Positions 1-7,622 of a stretch of 32,000 nt of DNA are shown here, piece after piece. Location: the NCBI GenBank assembly GCA_017609205.1, contig JAFCEL010000001.1:60001-92000 (forward strand), in the 5' to 3' direction. Positions within the stretch are counted from its first letter, which is position 1; the number at the start of each line of letters is the position of its first letter. Source of the stretch: Candidatus Saccharimonadota bacterium. GTDB taxonomy: Archaea > Nanobdellota > Nanobdellia > Pacearchaeales > GW2011-AR1. A program made the translations under genes and the position numbers. A model generated the notes under the pieces. That model did not search any database. It was given only the letters and a program-made list of their open reading frames with translations, and was not told the origin of the DNA.

Positions 1-396
1 ACAACTGACTTGGTTTTGAAAAAGAAAATAAATTTTGTCCATTCAAAGGGAGGGGAATTTGCCCTTAAAGTTTCTATATTGGTTAATGCGAGGAGATATT
101 TAGAGAATGTTAATGTTGTTGACAAGCTCCCTCTGTTGGTAAAAATTCATCCAAGGTTTGGAGGGGATATTCCTACAAGAGCCGACGAGAAAAAACGAAG
201 AGTCGAATGGAATTTTGAAAAACTTGAGGCAGGTGAGAGAAGAATCATCTCATATATAATCTATTCAAAAATTGGTGTTCTTGGAAAATTCGCACTTCCT
301 CCAACAACTGCGATTTATGAAAAAGACGGCAAGATTAAGGAGACTGAATCAAACAAAGCGTTTTTTATTGCTGAGGAAAGAAAGAAGGAAGAGTGA
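1..396 (+). CDS. 3' part of a gene for a beta-sandwich (CARDB/DUF11-like) surface-domain protein, cut by the window edge
   Basis: The frame is open from base 1 (ACA ACT GAC precede the TTG at 10) and ends at TGA 394-396. The sequence (..VEWNFEKLEAGERRIISYIIY..) has the alternating beta-strand look of archaeal surface repeat domains. No specific family recognised. Confidence 0.45.
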   Translation, partial: TTDLVLKKKINFVHSKGGEFALKVSILVNARRYLENVNVVDKLPLLVKIHPRFGGDIPTRADEKKRRVEWNFEKLEAGERRIISYIIYSKIGVLGKFALPPTTAIYEKDGKIKETESNKAFFIAEERKKEE

Positions 397-435
397 TACT
401 AAATTTTAAAAATGGATAATCTTTATTATAATAAT

Positions 436-584
436 CCCTCCGTAGCTCAGTGGTTAGAGCGCCTGGCTGTAGAATAGGGTGGATATTCCATTATATTCAT
501 GGAAATTAAATGAAACCTGAGAAGTCAGTCCCAATACTGAATGCAGTACCCGGGAGATCCCCAGTTCGAATCTGGGCGGGGGGA
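436..584 (+). tRNA. tRNA-Tyr (anticodon GTA) with a ~76-nt intron (473-548) after nt 37
   Basis: Acceptor CCCTCCG/CGGGGGG with C1-G72 (archaeal/eukaryal Tyr identity pair). D arm GCTC-AGTGGTTA-GAGC. Anticodon stem CCTGG(462-466)/CCGGG(550-554). Loop CT-GTA-G..C. T arm CCCAG-TTCGAAT-CTGGG. Discriminator A584. CUGUA(467-471) pairs with UGCAG(542-546), leaving a 3-nt bulge UAC(547-549) next to the anticodon stem. No encoded CCA. TTTTAAAAAT box at 405-414. Confidence 0.85.
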
Positions 585-648
585 CTTTCATAATTTCTTT
601 AAAATTCATCACAACAAAAATTAAATAATCAAAGAAAATAGTTCATTT

Positions 649-1053
649 ATGACAGGACTCATAGAGCAAATATTAATGTCTTTGAGAAAAGGGAGAGTTG
701 TTACACTTCATGGAGATTCAGGAATAGGTAAATCAGAGACAATGAGACTTCTAAAATGCCTTCTAGAACAAGATGGAAAAAGATCAGTCTATCTTGATAT
801 GAGATATATAAGAGGCATCCCTCAATTACACCAAGAGATTTCAAAACAACTTGGAGTATATAATAAAAGAATTTATTCTGAGTTACAGAAAGGGGATGTT
901 GCGCTTTTATTAGATGAATACTGGGCAGGAGCAGGTATTGCTAATTCATTGATTCAATTTGCCCATAAACAAAAAAACAATATAGTAACAGTTGCAGGAA
1001 ATCCTATTGGAGTAAAACTCGATGAATATATACTTAGTCCGCGGTCTACTTAA
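649..1053 (+). CDS. small P-loop NTPase (archaeal AAA-ATPase-like N-domain)
   Basis: Walker A-like GDSGIGKS and Walker B-like ALLLDE in a 134-aa ORF. No further domain. Confidence 0.55.
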   Translation: MTGLIEQILMSLRKGRVVTLHGDSGIGKSETMRLLKCLLEQDGKRSVYLDMRYIRGIPQLHQEISKQLGVYNKRIYSELQKGDVALLLDEYWAGAGIANSLIQFAHKQKNNIVTVAGNPIGVKLDEYILSPRST

Positions 1054-1206
1054 GCAAGGTTATTTTATATTAACAAAATATTTAAAAACCCAATAAATCT
1101 TAAAGATAAAACTTCAAGGAAGTTAAAAGAGGAAAATGGAGGACGAATTTGAATCCGAAAACGAAGACAATTTTTCTGAAGCCATCGACGATTTTGACCT
1201 TGATGA

Positions 1207-2166
1207 CTAATCAATATTTTTTAATTCTATTTCATTATTTTTTTTATCCAATTCTTCGTCAGGATAATTTAGAATGAATCTCAATTTGTTTATATTTAAG
1301 TCAGATGTTTGGATATTTGTAAGTTCTATTGAGATTCCATAACCTGGAGCAAGTTCTCTCACCTCAAAACTTTTGACATATTCATCATCAACATAGAATT
1401 CAACAGAACTTTTCTTTGCATTGATTAATCCATTATTTCTTATGCTTAAATTCGCATCAACGTATCTCCCATGAACTAACGCTGATACATTCTCCAAAAC
1501 AAGATCAGGTCTGCTTGGAATTGAATATAAAACATTTAGTAAGTTGATAGTATCCTCTCCTATTTCCTGTTGGCAGTTGCTTATATTATACATAATATTC
1601 CGAGGATTAGGGGAATGCTCGAATCCAAGAGCATGAAGTAGTTCATGGATTGCAATATTCGGTGTTTTGCATTCTGAATCTCTCAACAAGAGAATTTTAC
1701 CTTTAGAAATCAAATTAAAATTTCCTGATTTTGTGATGTTTGTGGGACCACCTTCACCAGCGATAAACAAACCCCCATCAAGTTTAACATGGCTATCGCA
1801 AGTCACAGAGATTTCTTCATTTTTATCTACAGAATAGAACTCAAGAGGAGTTTTATTTTCTAAAATCTCAAAAGCAAACTTAATATCATTTTCTTTTTGT
1901 AGAGGACAATCCTCAATTTTATAAGAGATTCTTGAGTCAGCATACCTCATGTTCTCATAAAATTGCATTCTCGTGGTAAGATTGCTTGGATTAAAATTTG
2001 AATTTCCCTTAGATCCAAAATTCGTCTTATTAAATATGCCAAACCAATAAATAAAAAGAATTCCTAGGAAAAAACCAATCAATAGAAAATTTAATATTAA
2101 TTTCCATAAGATTCTTTTATTCCCAGTTTCATATTCCCCTCTTTTGTGCATGAGAGAAATATTCAA
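1207..2166 (-). CDS. membrane-anchored metzincin (M10/matrixin-like) zinc metalloprotease with C-terminal CARDB-like domain
   Basis: HELLHALGFEHS matches HExxHxxGxxH, followed by a Met-turn candidate (RNIMY). N-terminal TM helix (ILWKLILNFLLIGFFLGILFIYWF). C-terminal beta-sandwich-like 90 aa. Stop TAG 1207-1209. Confidence 0.8.
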   Translation of the reverse strand: MNISLMHKRGEYETGNKRILWKLILNFLLIGFFLGILFIYWFGIFNKTNFGSKGNSNFNPSNLTTRMQFYENMRYADSRISYKIEDCPLQKENDIKFAFEILENKTPLEFYSVDKNEEISVTCDSHVKLDGGLFIAGEGGPTNITKSGNFNLISKGKILLLRDSECKTPNIAIHELLHALGFEHSPNPRNIMYNISNCQQEIGEDTINLLNVLYSIPSRPDLVLENVSALVHGRYVDANLSIRNNGLINAKKSSVEFYVDDEYVKSFEVRELAPGYGISIELTNIQTSDLNINKLRFILNYPDEELDKKNNEIELKNID

Positions 2167-2220
2167 AGATATATTTAAATGTTCTTAAAATAAAAGAAAA
2201 AAAGAAATATTAATTAAGAT

Positions 2221-2523
2221 TTATTCTGCTGTGTTTTCAGCAGGTGTGTCTTCTGGCTTTTCAGAAGATTCTGCTTGCTCAACATTACTTTCTTGTTCTG
2301 CATCAACAGATTCTGTTGTTTCTGATGTTGCTTCTGAACTAGCAGAAGACTCTTTTGGAACTTCTGTTGCTTCTGAACTAGCAGAAGACTCTTTTGGAAC
2401 TTCTGTTGCTTCTTCTGTCTCGTTAGAGACTTCAGAAGGCGATTCTTCTGGGCTACTTTGCTCAGAAGTTTCCTCTGTTTCTTGAGGAGCTGAAGTTTCT
2501 TGTTGTGTATTTTCTTCTGTCAT
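2221..2523 (-). CDS. highly acidic Ser/Glu/Thr-rich low-complexity protein
   Basis: 100-aa ORF with ATG and an A/T box upstream. Contains a perfect 13-aa duplication (EATEVPKESSASS). Coding status rests on ORF length only. Confidence 0.45.
   Translation of the reverse strand: MTEENTQQETSAPQETEETSEQSSPEESPSEVSNETEEATEVPKESSASSEATEVPKESSASSEATSETTESVDAEQESNVEQAESSEKPEDTPAENTAE
2328..2405. repeat. perfect 39-bp tandem duplication (2 copies) inside the acidic-protein ORF
   Basis: ttgcttctgaactagcagaagactcttttggaacttctg occurs at 2328-2366 and again at 2367-2405. A partial third start follows. Confidence 0.9.
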
Positions 2524-2649
2524 CTTTAAAACAAATAATTTAATTATAACTCAAAATCAAAATTCATTTTTAAAGTTTTGTATTTCCTATTTATGCTAGA
2601 AGAAGTTACAACAAAATCTTTAAAAATAAATTAAACAATCCTATTGTAA

Positions 2650-2721
2650 GCCTACGTTGTCCAATGGCTAAGACACCTGCCTGTCGCGCAGGAGACCCGG
2701 GTTCGATTCCCGGCGTGGGCG
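2650..2721 (+). tRNA. tRNA-Asp (anticodon GTC)
   Basis: Acceptor GCCTACG/CGTGGGC. Anticodon arm CCTGC-CTGTCGC-GCAGG. T arm CCGGG-TTCGATT-CCCGG. Discriminator G2721. TTTAAAAATA box at 2619-2628. No intron and no encoded CCA. Confidence 0.9.
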
Positions 2722-2731
2722 TCTGAAGCAC

Positions 2732-3931
2732 TTAAGAATTCTTAACATCTTTATTTAATGTATCAAGAAGTTCAAAAAATTCTTCTTTGCTTATTGTCTT
2801 GTCGCTTTCAGATAAACCAATTCTTTCTGCAAGCTTCCCTTTTTTCTTTAATGCTTGGATTGTTGGCAATTGCTCGTCATCCCAACCAGAATACTTTCCT
2901 TCCTTAATTCCTTTTGTAATTTCAGTTGAAGACAATCTCATTCCTTTAATATGCCATCTTCCTAAAAATCCTGTCCAAGGAACTCTTTTCCCTAAAACTT
3001 TGTAAATCATCTCTTGTCTTTTTGCATTGTCTCTATGGTCCTTTCCACGAATTATATGTGTCATCTTCATTTCAATATCGTCGACAGTTACAGCGAGATT
3101 CATTAGTGGCCAAACACGATATTTCTTCTTTTGTAGTGGATGGGGTGTCTCATTTATTCTTGCAAGAGGAAAATCCCTCATTGCAGGATTTTTATGATTC
3201 ATATCAGATTTAAATCTTAAAACAGCCTCGCCAGCCTCATAACCTCCTTTGTCCAACATCTTCTTCCATCTCTTTAAATTCTCTTTAATATCCAAATCCC
3301 TACAAGGACAATTTTTTCTTTCAGTGATAAATTTCTTAAATTTTTCAGTAGAACAAGTGCAAACATATGCTGAGTCTTTTTGAATTAACTTTGTAGCATA
3401 ATTATAATAAAGTTTCATCCTTTCTGACTGAATCACAATCTTTGCTTTCTTATTAAAAAGCCATTCAGAATCTTCTTTAATTAAATCATAAGCAGGAGGA
3501 TAAATATTCTCGGGATTTGTATCTTCTATTCTAACATAAAATTTTCCACCATATTTCTCAACATATAGAAAGGATATGGTTGAAGTTAATGCATGTCCAA
3601 TGTGAAAACCTCCTGACGGCGACGGAGCAATTCTCATAACAACACCTTTTTTAGAGACATTTGGAAGTTCAGGAAGACCTTCACGAACTTTTCTCTCAGA
3701 GGTCTTATCTTTTAGCTTTTCGAATTCTTTTTTCTGCTGTTCAATTGAAAGAGAATTTACTTCCCTTATGATTTTATTAATATCTTTTATGTATTTTTTG
3801 ATGTCCTCTCTTTTTAACCCTTCGTGGAATAATGAAGAAATAACACTTCCTATTTGAGCTTTACCGTCATGAGCAATTGCATTTTTCAAAGCATATGCTT
3901 TTGTTTTTTGCTTTAAATATCTCATAAACAA
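2732..3931 (-). CDS. gltX: archaeal-type glutamyl-tRNA synthetase catalytic core, lacking the C-terminal anticodon-binding domain
   Basis: Class I HIGH motif (APSPSGGFHIGHA). N-terminal YqeY/GatB-like ~95 aa (YALKNAIAHDGKAQIGSVIS), as in archaeal GluRS. Also RIEDTNPE, HIIRGKDH, an LSST loop and SGWDD. The ORF ends ~35 aa after SGWDD at TAA 2732-2734, only 10 bp from the tRNA-Asp 3' end. Confidence 0.85.
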   Translation of the reverse strand: MFMRYLKQKTKAYALKNAIAHDGKAQIGSVISSLFHEGLKREDIKKYIKDINKIIREVNSLSIEQQKKEFEKLKDKTSERKVREGLPELPNVSKKGVVMRIAPSPSGGFHIGHALTSTISFLYVEKYGGKFYVRIEDTNPENIYPPAYDLIKEDSEWLFNKKAKIVIQSERMKLYYNYATKLIQKDSAYVCTCSTEKFKKFITERKNCPCRDLDIKENLKRWKKMLDKGGYEAGEAVLRFKSDMNHKNPAMRDFPLARINETPHPLQKKKYRVWPLMNLAVTVDDIEMKMTHIIRGKDHRDNAKRQEMIYKVLGKRVPWTGFLGRWHIKGMRLSSTEITKGIKEGKYSGWDDEQLPTIQALKKKGKLAERIGLSESDKTISKEEFFELLDTLNKDVKNS

Positions 3932-3958
3932 AGAAGAAAGAGTAGTTAATAAATTTTC

Positions 3959-4285
3959 TCAAAACCGGTTTATGTCTGCTTTTCTTTCTAATAATTCAAC
4001 TCGTTGCTGAAGACGATAAATCTGATTTGAAAGATCCTCGAGCCTATTTGTTATGTCCATTAATCTTTTTGCAAGTCTTCTCCTTCTTTCATCACTACTC
4101 TCTGAAACATCAGAAGAGTCTTTTTGAGAAGAGGCAGTATTTGCAATAGCACTGAAAAAACCAAATCCACTAGTATTTTTCTCAGATGGTGAATTCTCAA
4201 CTTCTATTTCCTGTTCTTTTCTTGGAGTTGGATATCTCTCTGTTAAGTCAAGTATATCGCTCTTCTTTCTCCTGAAAATCCCCAT
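3959..4285 (-). CDS. small coiled-coil protein (109 aa from MGIFRRKK)
   Basis: The internal ATG at 4285 is preferred because the longer ORF (to 4378) would overlap the divergent gene start at 4361. Layout: N-terminal amphipathic basic segment, Ser/Asp-rich linker, C-terminal heptad-like helix (RLEDLSNQIYRLQQRVELLERK). Confidence 0.5.
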   Translation of the reverse strand: MGIFRRKKSDILDLTERYPTPRKEQEIEVENSPSEKNTSGFGFFSAIANTASSQKDSSDVSESSDERRRRLAKRLMDITNRLEDLSNQIYRLQQRVELLERKADINRF

Positions 4286-4360
4286 AGATATTAAATAATT
4301 AAATCTTTTTAAGATTTTGTAATCAGAATATTTTTTAAATATCAAATTGTTACCCTTATT

Positions 4361-5830
4361 ATGGCAACTGTCTCCCAAATCATTGCAACGATTAATCCTG
4401 ATTTGTATTATGCCGCATCAGGCGATGAAGAAGAGGCTGCTAAAAATCTAAAAGAGTTCAAGAAATTAATAGAAAAAAAAGGGTTTCAAGCAGCTTCTGA
4501 AAAAGCAAAACCAAAGCCTTATTCAGAAAATATAATAAAATATGATTCTGCAGTCGATCAATTAGAACCCCTGTATTTCTGGATAATTGATTTTATCAAC
4601 GATAGATTAGGTCTTGAAATTGAAAAACTTGCAGATAATTTTGTGTCATCTCCTGGTTCAGGACATTTTTCAGAATTAGGGGGAAAAGCAACTGCAATGC
4701 AACAACAAGGAACAAAAATTCTTGCAGATATTAATACTGTTCTCAGAAGTGTCTTGAATTTAATCTATGATTTGAAAGAATTCAGAATGCGCTTGGCTCA
4801 TTATGATGGATTGAAATCAGAGGATAAAGCAACACAAAATGCCTCACGCCTTGCATTAAAACAAATATGGATGGACAAAGTTGATATGCAGAAAGGCATG
4901 GGATCTATAAATGCTCTTACGACTGGGCAGCTGGGATTTCAAACATTAAGAGATGCTTTTCTTGCAGTAAATGAAGAAAAAGACGTCGATAAGTTAGACT
5001 TAAATGAAAGAGTTAAAAGAATTCTAAAACCAAGAATCCATGATTTTAATATATGGGTTAAAGAATCTGAAAAAGAATTGAGAAAAAGATACGAACTAGA
5101 GAGAAATTATCTTAAAAGCCAAGTTAATAGTTTGAAACTTTATTCTAGATGGGCAAAACCATATCTTAAGGCAGCGTCACAATTAGAACAAAAAGAGCCA
5201 GGAAGAAATCCCTCTTTTGTAAAGATATTTAATACAATTTTATTAGAACTAACAATTCTTGCTAAAAAACCTGTAACACCTCCGGAAGAGCGTGGGATGG
5301 ATAAAAAAAGAAAACTAAAGAGAAAATATTACAAATGCGTTTTGGTTGATTTTAATTTCCGAGGAATTCCCAGAAAAATTGGAGGGCAGGGACATTACTC
5401 TTTTGGGGGAAGAACAGAAATAAGATTTCAATCATATGCTCTTAACGAGGATGAATTAAAAAAATTAGATAAAGAATTGGAAAAAAATGATGTGGGGGAT
5501 GTGCTGAAGCTAATAGAGGGAATAACCGACGAAAGTTTAAGGAAAATACAAGAAGAGATTGATTTCTTTCTCGAAGAACAAGAAAAAGAAGAGAAAGAGA
5601 AGAAAAAACCAAAAGACACTTCAAACCCTTTCTTAGCTTTATTTGGTTTTTACAATAAGAAGGATGAAAAGAAAAAAGAAAGCACAAAAAAAACAGAAGA
5701 TAAAATAAGACCTGATGATTGGTTTGAAGCAAACCAGGTCAGAAAATATGCATTAGAAGAAGCAAAAGAGACTGCATTTAAGATATTTGATGTATATAAG
5801 AAAGTCCATAATATGGCAAGCTATACATAA
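4361..5830 (+). CDS. conserved-looking hypothetical protein, largely alpha-helical with a Lys/Glu-rich C-terminal insert
   Basis: 489-aa ORF with TTTTAAATAT box about 20-29 nt before the ATG (leaderless-like). No catalytic or nucleotide-binding motif recognised. Confidence 0.7.
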   Translation: MATVSQIIATINPDLYYAASGDEEEAAKNLKEFKKLIEKKGFQAASEKAKPKPYSENIIKYDSAVDQLEPLYFWIIDFINDRLGLEIEKLADNFVSSPGSGHFSELGGKATAMQQQGTKILADINTVLRSVLNLIYDLKEFRMRLAHYDGLKSEDKATQNASRLALKQIWMDKVDMQKGMGSINALTTGQLGFQTLRDAFLAVNEEKDVDKLDLNERVKRILKPRIHDFNIWVKESEKELRKRYELERNYLKSQVNSLKLYSRWAKPYLKAASQLEQKEPGRNPSFVKIFNTILLELTILAKKPVTPPEERGMDKKRKLKRKYYKCVLVDFNFRGIPRKIGGQGHYSFGGRTEIRFQSYALNEDELKKLDKELEKNDVGDVLKLIEGITDESLRKIQEEIDFFLEEQEKEEKEKKKPKDTSNPFLALFGFYNKKDEKKKESTKKTEDKIRPDDWFEANQVRKYALEEAKETAFKIFDVYKKVHNMASYT

Positions 5831-5871
5831 AAAAACTTATAAGCAGTATTTCCCTTAAATAAGCAAGGAAA

Positions 5872-6303
5872 ATGGGTGATAAATTTTCTTATGATTTAAT
5901 CAAGAGGAATATTAAGAAATTTGGAGGGAAATTAGAAAGAAAAGGGGCAGAAGCGAAATTAATTATGAAGGGAGAGGAAATCTCAATACCTGTCAGAAAT
6001 GGTTTTATTGATTTAGAAAGCATAGGTAAAGCAGCAAAATTTACGTCTGAACAAACTGGCAGAGATTATAATAGTTCTTTAAGAGAATTAATAAAAAAAC
6101 CAAATTTTTACTCAATAAGAACCCCTAATTTTATGAATGCTACTTTAGCAATTTTAATAGGGTGTGTGATCTTCTTAGGATTATCAAAAATGACTTCAAC
6201 AGCAGCTGTAATCGGTATCCCAGAATCAACAGCAAATACATGGTTAATCATAAGTGTTTTAGGAATACTTGGAATCATGATCTGCAAGTTGAGATGTAAA
6301 TAA
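5872..6303 (+). CDS. hypothetical protein, soluble N-domain plus two C-terminal TM helices
   Basis: 143-aa ORF 41 nt after the previous gene. The N-terminal ~55 aa are loosely HicA/YcfA-like in spacing (KKFGGKLERKG..ISIPVRNG), but the usual His is not seen. C-terminal hydrophobic segments are ATLAILIGCVIFLGL and WLIISVLGILGIMIC. Confidence 0.55.
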   Translation: MGDKFSYDLIKRNIKKFGGKLERKGAEAKLIMKGEEISIPVRNGFIDLESIGKAAKFTSEQTGRDYNSSLRELIKKPNFYSIRTPNFMNATLAILIGCVIFLGLSKMTSTAAVIGIPESTANTWLIISVLGILGIMICKLRCK

Positions 6304-6394
6304 GATTGATTATTATTCTATGCATTTAATTTTTTGTCTAAAACGTAAGATAATTAGAAAACTTATTAAATTAAAATCTCATTAAGAGAATAAG

Positions 6395-7615
6395 ATGCAG
6401 GAAAAAAAGAGGGGGTTGAATATATTGCTTAATAGATTAAAAAAAAGAAAATTATGCAAGAAAATCTTTTTACTAACTACTTTAGCAGTATTCTTGTCGG
6501 TTATTTCTATTACAGGGGCAGTAGTTTTAAGTAATTTATTTGATGGAGGAACCTCTAAGGCATTAACATTTTCTCAAGCAGGAAATCAAACAAGCTATAT
6601 TAAGCTTCCAGAAAATGCCAATGTTACAAATTCGGAATTTAAGTTAAGAGGTTTGATTTATGAGGTAGCATCACTTTTTCAAACAATTACTCAATCTGAT
6701 TTTAATGAGGGAACATATAATGATACATTCTATAATGCAACTGAGAATTATGTCCAGATTAATCTATCTTATAACTCGGGAAATTATACAAGCAAAATAT
6801 TAGATACAGGATGGAACTCTTCTTATCAGAACTTAAGTTGGAATGAACAACGAATTCAATGCCCAGAGGGTATGGCTTATATCAATAAATTGAATGGTTT
6901 TTGTATTGATAAATATGAAGCTACCTGCCAGTATCCTAATGGAACTTATTGTGTCTCAAACAGTGCTGTTGAAACTGACAATTTGTTAAGCAACAATGCC
7001 AGAGCAGCTTCTGCTTTGAACAAAACTGTCTGGGTTTATATTGATCAGGCAGAAGCAAGAACTGCATGCAGTAATGCGGGAAAACACCTATGCACAGACG
7101 AGGAATGGCTTGCAGCTGCTAATATACAAGGAAATTTTTATGACTTGGCTGCTGATCTTGCTGCAGACCCTTATGGTTGTGTAACTGGATCAAGCACTTA
7201 TTGTTTAGATAATAGCCCAGGAAATGGAGAAGCATGCCAGACAGGCTGTAATGTGAATGGATGTCCTTCTGGATGCCATTCAGCAGAAGGGGTTTATGAT
7301 ATGGTGGGAAATGTATGGGAATGGACAAATGAATCCGTAGACGTAATAAATCCGCAAGGTAATGAAACAATAGGAACAGGTGTTGCTGGATATTATTTTC
7401 CGAATAGTACACAAGGTTGGCAGACTTCAACAAGCACTGCAACAGAAAGATATGGGAATGATGCAGTCTTTTTTCCTACTACTTCAACAGATAAAGGAGT
7501 AATACGCGGGGGTGTTTGGAATACAGAATCCAAAGCTGGACCTTTTTGTGCAACTCTCTCAAATTCCCCTGGATCTATAGTAAGTGCTTTTGGCTTTCGT
7601 TGCTGTATTAGTTAA
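6395..7615 (+). CDS. signal-anchored FGE-sulfatase (SUMF1/DUF323) domain protein
   Basis: N-terminal TM (IFLLTTLAVFLSVISITGAVVL). C-terminal hallmark GVYDMVGNVWEWTNE, plus IRGGVW and GFRCC. Many N-x-S/T sequons. Confidence 0.8.
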   Translation: MQEKKRGLNILLNRLKKRKLCKKIFLLTTLAVFLSVISITGAVVLSNLFDGGTSKALTFSQAGNQTSYIKLPENANVTNSEFKLRGLIYEVASLFQTITQSDFNEGTYNDTFYNATENYVQINLSYNSGNYTSKILDTGWNSSYQNLSWNEQRIQCPEGMAYINKLNGFCIDKYEATCQYPNGTYCVSNSAVETDNLLSNNARAASALNKTVWVYIDQAEARTACSNAGKHLCTDEEWLAAANIQGNFYDLAADLAADPYGCVTGSSTYCLDNSPGNGEACQTGCNVNGCPSGCHSAEGVYDMVGNVWEWTNESVDVINPQGNETIGTGVAGYYFPNSTQGWQTSTSTATERYGNDAVFFPTTSTDKGVIRGGVWNTESKAGPFCATLSNSPGSIVSAFGFRCCIS

Positions 7616-7622
7616 ACAGAAA

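Noticed and set aside
473-548. Box C/D sRNA embedded in the tRNA-Tyr intron (as in some archaeal tRNA-Trp introns)
   Set aside because: Two CTGA tetramers are present, but there is no convincing RUGAUGA C or C' box (best is TCATGGA), and no terminal stem.
2231-2485. Plus-strand 84-aa ORF
   Set aside because: It is a mirror frame of the low-complexity acidic gene, and repeat-driven absence of stops explains it.
5428-5732. Two minus-strand ORFs (63 and 96 aa)
   Set aside because: They are antisense to the K/E-rich segment of the 489-aa gene. Purine-rich coding gives stop-free pyrimidine-rich antisense frames.
7584-7622. Longer start (7584) for the giant surface protein, overlapping the FGE gene
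   Set aside because: The ATG at 7623 gives a typical basic-hydrophobic signal and avoids a 32-nt overlap. The extra 13 codons lie inside the FGE coding end.
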